DNA of 64,000 nt from Bugula neritina (lineage: Eukaryota; Animalia; Bryozoa). The translations under genes and the position numbers were made by a program. The DNA lies in contig OZ037770.1 of the NCBI GenBank assembly GCA_964035545.1, forward strand, positions 15,985,456-16,049,455, given 5' to 3'. This document shows, in pieces, positions 56,901 to 64,000 of the stretch; within the stretch, counting starts at the first letter, position 1; each line of letters begins with the position of its first letter. The notes below the pieces were generated by a model, which worked only from the letters and a program-made list of their open reading frames with translations, did not search any database and was not told the DNA's origin.

Positions 56901-59900
56901 ATGCATATAATACAGATGTATGATATAAGTAGGAAATCTAGTAACGCAATGAGTCTTGTGAAACAACTTACAGAGAAGTAAAATGCTATATCAGTTTAGC
57001 TTGAGTTCAACTATAATTGGTAATTCTTGTAAATACAACTTGATGAAAAGTTTGAAACTGTTTACTTGTTGAATTGTGATTAAATGAAAATTTGTGAACA
57101 ATTCTATAGATAAATAGTTTCATCAAGGAGACATGTTATACTTCATAAGTATTACCTCCATATAGCTCTTACAGCTGACACATGCCAAGAATAATCTAGA
57201 ATGACTTAGTCCAACTTTATACCCAATTGGTTGGTTGTCTAGTAGCTGACCATGTGACCATCACACCAGTTATTGTAAGAATAAAGCGGTCTATAATTAT
57301 GTGGTGTTGCATATGATGAAAAACAATGAAATAAACATAAAATTCTAAATACAGCTCATTTATTACAACAGCAGTAGAAATAGCAAAAAAAATGAGATAT
57401 GGAAAAATACAAAATTATCACATTTAATCTTGAAGATTAATCATTACTCAAATAAGTAGAAGAGTGTCATCATGCTTAATTAAGTTGAAATATGATTTGT
57501 TGAAAGAGCCATAACCTGATAAATAATAAAGCTAGCAAATATACCTGATTGCGACCAGCAAGCTAAACATAGTTACCAAGTGAGAACAAAATACTTCCCT
57601 AGTCTGGAGGCTGCGGAGTCACAATAAACTGATCAAACTATTCTTACTGACAGAGCAGACAATTTGCAAGTGTGAGCCTTTGAATATCATATTCCAAGAA
57701 AGTGAGAGAAGACAACTACATTAGGAGAGTTCAGGAAAACAAAAGAAGACAACTTCGTAATGGAACTTCGAGAAAACAAGAGAAGACAACTACATTAGGA
57801 GCAAGCAGCAAGCTGCACAAATTCCCATTAGCAGAGTTAGCCGATAATAAAATTATAACATTATTGATTATTAAAAACACACAATAGAATAGATATGTAA
57901 CTATACAGGGATGTAGATGATATTTAGAAAAGACTGGAAGTTTCCTCTACAAATAACTAGAATATTCAAAATGTGAACCAGAAAGTTAAACAGATGGAAA
58001 ATTTGGTATGTTTTACAATATTAGATAATATGTAAAATGGGGTTTGGGGTTTGAACTGAAAAACGGGAGAGAACTAACATAAAAATACTGAGAAGAAACA
58101 AACAACAGCTTTTACACAAATCTGAGAAAACGTGAACAAACAGAAATGGCAAAAGTGAAGCAGAGTGAAGTGAAAACAACAGTCATAAAAGCATTCTACT
58201 GCCTGCATGTGTTACTAATCTGAATACAGCAGATGAAGTGTTATATTAGGATCATTATTGACTTTGTAAACGCTATTCATCCAAATACAGGAGATTACAA
58301 GAAGCAGGTCGTAATGGTGAAAGTGATTGCCTCGAAATATTGAGTAGTGATTTAAAAAAATCAACTTTGGCCAAATCTGAGCATGATCATGGTGTTTAAA
58401 CAGTATGAAAATACTCAATAGGGAATGAGGGAAAAAATTGTCAAAACTAAAATTAATTTATTTTGAACTGAAAATGAGTTCACACTGACTAACTTAAATG
58501 AATGAAAAATAGGAACGAATTACCATTTTAATATTACATAAACTCGAGTATGAAAATACAAAACAGATTATATTTTCATATTACTATTACCTATTTGTCA
58601 TTAGTATAAAAACAAACACAACTAATGGAGTGAAATTTTTACTCTATTCATAACATCAATTTGAATGGTGAACATAAATTTTCGTAGTCATATACTGATG
58701 GTAACAAAGTAGAATAGTAGTGATTATAATAATGAATATCAATATGCATAAAACCCAATTTCCAAGAGACTAGAACAAGTACTAAAACTAGACGAACGAA
58801 TTACAAATAAAGACACCCAACTTGAAATAACATTTCATTACAATTATGACTAAATCACTAATGGTCATAGTCATGCTTATAAGTTACCAGTAGAGGTTTG
58901 AGTTGTGGGAAAATAAAATAAAACGGGAGCCCGGAAGAAAATAAAAACGAGAATAATAATCAATATCATAATTTAAATTTAAATTATTATCATAATCATT
59001 AATAGCCTAATAGTAATAGGCATTGCAGTTATGATTGTAATTATTATAATAATACTAATAGTTAATATTATAATGATAATCATCATCGACTTTTGTTACT
59101 TGTGGTTATCAATATCATATTGATATTTATTCTGATAATAAAAACAAAAATGACAGCTAATACTATAACTATTAATATTACTCTCACTACAACTGTTAAG
59201 TGCAAGTATTTGTGTTAGTAATAGTAATACTGATAAGCTACTAAAACTACTAACAATAGTCAAGTGAGCTACTATTACTCTATAGTCTATTGGCATTACC
59301 CAAGTCATTAGCCTTAGTGTTACTATTACTAACATAATCTTAATGATGAAGTTTGACATAAAATGAAAACGATTAAAATTAAATCCAAGGAGCCGCGGCT
59401 TGAAATTTAATTGAACTAGCAGTTAATACAAACAAATTACCGCGACAGGGTTAAGGATTCTCTAAACAGAACTTGCAGAAGGCATCAATGTCGGTTCAGA
59501 CGAATGAATGATGAATGGCAATCCAGTTAGGACCACGATTGAACACGTGCTTGTTACGTGATGTATCGTGATGCATGACTGGCCGTGCACGGATTTATAA
59601 TCCATGAACTGTGAATAGCGGCTGTCCATTGGTTGAACAAGTATTGAGAATGACAAGAGACTGAAGAGGGTGCGAGCTATAGATTAGGTGTATAATATTA
59701 GGAGGGTTCATTGATAGGAAACGGGAGAGAATAGGTGAAGCATTAGGTTTGAAAACCATAGCCATAAACAAGCATGAAAAATTATATAAATCATGAGGCC
59801 AATATACTTTAAAATATTACAAACTTCATTCAATTTAAAATGAGGATAACTCTAATATGCTGAAGAGTGACTGTAAGAAATGATAGAGATGTAAAGTTGT

Positions 59901-60236
59901 GTATAAAACCACCAATGGAAGGTTATGTGGTCGGTATGCTAACTTCAATGAAGTATGCTAAATTAACTACAGACCAAACGAATGCAGCATTATGTATCTG
60001 ATCACGAGTTTGGCAGACTGTCCATATGTGAGCTTAAAGTTGCTGAGTGAGCTCAGTGTAGCAAAAAGTCAGAAAACTAGCCAAAATAGGCCAACATTGG
60101 TATATAGTTCAACTAACGTAATCTTTAAGTTCCAATGTCATGGGCAATTGATAGTTGAGTAAGTTTGGTCGCCTTGGTAATTGTATGATCATAAAAAATA
60201 GTGGTTTGTGAGGTTCTAAAAATATGAGACTTGGCG

Positions 60237-63200
60237 TTGGGGTTTGGGGTTTGGGGTTTGGGGTTTGGGGTTTGGGGTTTGGGGTTTGGGGTTTGGGGTT
60301 TGGGGTTTGGGGTTTGGGGTTTGGGGTTTGGGGTTTGGGGTTTGGGGTTTGGGGTTTGGGGTTTGGGGTTTGGGGTTTGGGGTTTGGGGTTTGGGGTTTG
60401 GGGTTTGGGGTTTGGGGTTTGGGGTTTGGGGTTTGGGGTTTGGGGTTTGGGGTTTGGGGTTTGGGGTTTGGGGTTTGGGGTTTGGGGTTTGGGGTTTGGG
60501 GTTTGGGGTTTGGGGTTTGGGGTTTGGGGTTTGGGGTTTGGGGTTTGGGGTTTGGGGTTTGGGGTTTGGGGTTTGGGGTTTGGGGTTTGGGGTTTGGGGT
60601 TTGGGGTTTGGGGTTTGGGGTTTGGGGTTTGGGGTTTGGGGTTTGGGGTTTGGGGTTTGGGGTTTGGGGTTTGGGGTTTGGGGTTTGGGGTTTGGGGTTT
60701 GGGGTTTGGGGTTTGGGGTTTGGGGTTTGGGGTTTGGGGTTTGGGGTTTGGGGTTTGGGGTTTGGGGTTTGGGGTTTGGGGTTTGGGGTTTGGGGTTTGG
60801 GGTTTGGGGTTTGGGGTTTGGGGTTTGGGGTTTGGGGTTTGGGGTTTGGGGTTTGGGGTTTGGGGTTTGGGGTTTGGGGTTTGGGGTTTGGGGTTTGGGG
60901 TTTGGGGTTTGGGGTTTGGGGTTTGGGGTTTGGGGTTTGGGGTTTGGGGTTTGGGGTTTGGGGTTTGGGGTTTGGGGTTTGGGGTTTGGGGTTTGGGGTT
61001 TGGGGTTTGGGGTTTGGGGTTTGGGGTTTGGGGTTTGGGGTTTGGGGTTTGGGGTTTGGGGTTTGGGGTTTGGGGTTTGGGGTTTGGGGTTTGGGGTTTG
61101 GGGTTTGGGGTTTGGGGTTTGGGGTTTGGGGTTTGGGGTTTGGGGTTTGGGGTTTGGGGTTTGGGGTTTGGGGTTTGGGGTTTGGGGTTTGGGGTTTGGG
61201 GTTTGGGGTTTGGGGTTTGGGGTTTGGGGTTTGGGGTTTGGGGTTTGGGGTTTGGGGTTTGGGGTTTGGGGTTTGGGGTTTGGGGTTTGGGGTTTGGGGT
61301 TTGGGGTTTGGGGTTTGGGGTTTGGGGTTTGGGGTTTGGGGTTTGGGGTTTGGGGTTTGGGGTTTGGGGTTTGGGGTTTGGGGTTTGGGGTTTGGGGTTT
61401 GGGGTTTGGGGTTTGGGGTTTGGGGTTTGGGGTTTGGGGTTTGGGGTTTGGGGTTTGGGGTTTGGGGTTTGGGGTTTGGGGTTTGGGGTTTGGGGTTTGG
61501 GGTTTGGGGTTTGGGGTTTGGGGTTTGGGGTTTGGGGTTTGGGGTTTGGGGTTTGGGGTTTGGGGTTTGGGGTTTGGGGTTTGGGGTTTGGGGTTTGGGG
61601 TTTGGGGTTTGGGGTTTGGGGTTTGGGGTTTGGGGTTTGGGGTTTGGGGTTTGGGGTTTGGGGTTTGGGGTTTGGGGTTTGGGGTTTGGGGTTTGGGGTT
61701 TGGGGTTTGGGGTTTGGGGTTTGGGGTTTGGGGTTTGGGGTTTGGGGTTTGGGGTTTGGGGTTTGGGGTTTGGGGTTTGGGGTTTGGGGTTTGGGGTTTG
61801 GGGTTTGGGGTTTGGGGTTTGGGGTTTGGGGTTTGGGGTTTGGGGTTTGGGGTTTGGGGTTTGGGGTTTGGGGTTTGGGGTTTGGGGTTTGGGGTTTGGG
61901 GTTTGGGGTTTGGGGTTTGGGGTTTGGGGTTTGGGGTTTGGGGTTTGGGGTTTGGGGTTTGGGGTTTGGGGTTTGGGGTTTGGGGTTTGGGGTTTGGGGT
62001 TTGGGGTTTGGGGTTTGGGGTTTGGGGTTTGGGGTTTGGGGTTTGGGGTTTGGGGTTTGGGGTTTGGGGTTTGGGGTTTGGGGTTTGGGGTTTGGGGTTT
62101 GGGGTTTGGGGTTTGGGGTTTGGGGTTTGGGGTTTGGGGTTTGGGGTTTGGGGTTTGGGGTTTGGGGTTTGGGGTTTGGGGTTTGGGGTTTGGGGTTTGG
62201 GGTTTGGGGTTTGGGGTTTGGGGTTTGGGGTTTGGGGTTTGGGGTTTGGGGTTTGGGGTTTGGGGTTTGGGGTTTGGGGTTTGGGGTTTGGGGTTTGGGG
62301 TTTGGGGTTTGGGGTTTGGGGTTTGGGGTTTGGGGTTTGGGGTTTGGGGTTTGGGGTTTGGGGTTTGGGGTTTGGGGTTTGGGGTTTGGGGTTTGGGGTT
62401 TGGGGTTTGGGGTTTGGGGTTTGGGGTTTGGGGTTTGGGGTTTGGGGTTTGGGGTTTGGGGTTTGGGGTTTGGGGTTTGGGGTTTGGGGTTTGGGGTTTG
62501 GGGTTTGGGGTTTGGGGTTTGGGGTTTGGGGTTTGGGGTTTGGGGTTTGGGGTTTGGGGTTTGGGGTTTGGGGTTTGGGGTTTGGGGTTTGGGGTTTGGG
62601 GTTTGGGGTTTGGGGTTTGGGGTTTGGGGTTTGGGGTTTGGGGTTTGGGGTTTGGGGTTTGGGGTTTGGGGTTTGGGGTTTGGGGTTTGGGGTTTGGGGT
62701 TTGGGGTTTGGGGTTTGGGGTTTGGGGTTTGGGGTTTGGGGTTTGGGGTTTGGGGTTTGGGGTTTGGGGTTTGGGGTTTGGGGTTTGGGGTTTGGGGTTT
62801 GGGGTTTGGGGTTTGGGGTTTGGGGTTTGGGGTTTGGGGTTTGGGGTTTGGGGTTTGGGGTTTGGGGTTTGGGGTTTGGGGTTTGGGGTTTGGGGTTTGG
62901 GGTTTGGGGTTTGGGGTTTGGGGTTTGGGGTTTGGGGTTTGGGGTTTGGGGTTTGGGGTTTGGGGTTTGGGGTTTGGGGTTTGGGGTTTGGGGTTTGGGG
63001 TTTGGGGTTTGGGGTTTGGGGTTTGGGGTTTGGGGTTTGGGGTTTGGGGTTTGGGGTTTGGGGTTTGGGGTTTGGGGTTTGGGGTTTGGGGTTTGGGGTT
63101 TGGGGTTTGGGGTTTGGGGTTTGGGGTTTGGGGTTTGGGGTTTGGGGTTTGGGGTTTGGGGTTTGGGGTTTGGGGTTTGGGGTTTGGGGTTTGGGGTTTG

Positions 63201-64000
63201 GGGTTTGGGGTTTGGGGTTTGGGGTTTGGGGTTTGGGGTTTGGGGTTTGGGGTTTGGGGTTTGGGGTTTGGGGTTTGGGGTTTGGGGTTTGGGGTTTGGG
63301 GTTTGGGGTTTGGGGTTTGGGGTTTGGGGTTTGGGGTTTGGGGTTTGGGGTTTGGGGTTTGGGGTTTGGGGTTTGGGGTTTGGGGTTTGGGGTTTGGGGT
63401 TTGGGGTTTGGGGTTTGGGGTTTGGGGTTTGGGGTTTGGGGTTTGGGGTTTGGGGTTTGGGGTTTGGGGTTTGGGGTTTGGGGTTTGGGGTTTGGGGTTT
63501 GGGGTTTGGGGTTTGGGGTTTGGGGTTTGGGGTTTGGGGTTTGGGGTTTGGGGTTTGGGGTTTGGGGTTTGGGGTTTGGGGTTTGGGGTTTGGGGTTTGG
63601 GGTTTGGGGTTTGGGGTTTGGGGTTTGGGGTTTGGGGTTTGGGGTTTGGGGTTTGGGGTTTGGGGTTTGGGGTTTGGGGTTTGGGGTTTGGGGTTTGGGG
63701 TTTGGGGTTTGGGGTTTGGGGTTTGGGGTTTGGGGTTTGGGGTTTGGGGTTTGGGGTTTGGGGTTTGGGGTTTGGGGTTTGGGGTTTGGGGTTTGGGGTT
63801 TGGGGTTTGGGGTTTGGGGTTTGGGGTTTGGGGTTTGGGGTTTGGGGTTTGGGGTTTGGGGTTTGGGGTTTGGGGTTTGGGGTTTGGGGTTTGGGGTTTG
63901 GGGTTTGGGGTTTGGGGTTTGGGGTTTGGGGTTTGGGGTTTGGGGTTTGGGGTTTGGGGTTTGGGGTTTGGGGTTTGGGGTTTGGGGTTTGGGGTTTGGG
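60237..64000 (+). repeat. Telomere, (TTTGGGG)n, about 537 units, G-strand pointing to the window end
   Basis: A heptamer array with no variants visible by eye runs to the last base in the correct telomeric polarity. Confidence 0.97.

Larger units (their letters stand above)
30300..57515. repeat. Subtelomeric higher-order patchwork array of shuffled multi-kb modules
   Basis: Marker CCTAATTATAACCAA.AGGGGGCTCTCAGAACTGACC recurs at about 32790, 34843, 39562, 44118, 48771, 50880 and 54713. Marker CCTCCATATAGCTC...CCAATTGGTTGGTTGTCTAG recurs at about 31161, 37842, 47071 and 57156. Blocks 34190-40020 and 43420-49250 match; blocks 41150-45400 and 51750-56050 match. Confidence 0.9.

Noticed and set aside
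57515-60236. Telomere-specific retrotransposon (SART/TRAS/HeT-A-like)
   Set aside because: No long ORF, RT or endonuclease motifs, or poly(A) tail next to the telomere.
60237-64000. Ciliate origin of the G4T3 array
   Set aside because: Ciliate repeats are T2G4, T4G4 or T3G3; the linked genes use the standard code and have animal-type domains with kb-scale introns.

Overview
AT-rich, intron-containing eukaryotic (invertebrate-like metazoan) DNA at a chromosome end. (1) 1-18 kb: four spliced genes rebuilt by hand from GT-AG sites and reading phase: a CD225/dispanin membrane protein, a secreted pentraxin+PAN/apple protein, and a head-to-head pair of single-pass, Cys-rich, PPxY-tailed membrane proteins. 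Most introns and UTRs hold their own minisatellite, which explains most long ORFs in the track. A foldback-type hAT-like element (8-bp TSD, about 440-bp inverted arms, about 1 kb TA core) sits between the paired genes. (2) About 23-57.5 kb: a subtelomeric domain made of a 4-kb inverted duplication plus a higher-order patchwork array. It is built from decayed gene fragments (two PSMB7 pseudogene copies; C-type lectin-like and F5/8C-like pseudo-exons), a duplicated 815-bp MITE and a triplicated motif-dense regulatory module. (3) 60237-64000: an apparently perfect, non-canonical (TTTGGGG)n telomere with an abrupt junction. From memory, this repeat has been listed for cheilostome bryozoans, so the taxon is an inference. 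All coordinates were read by eye.
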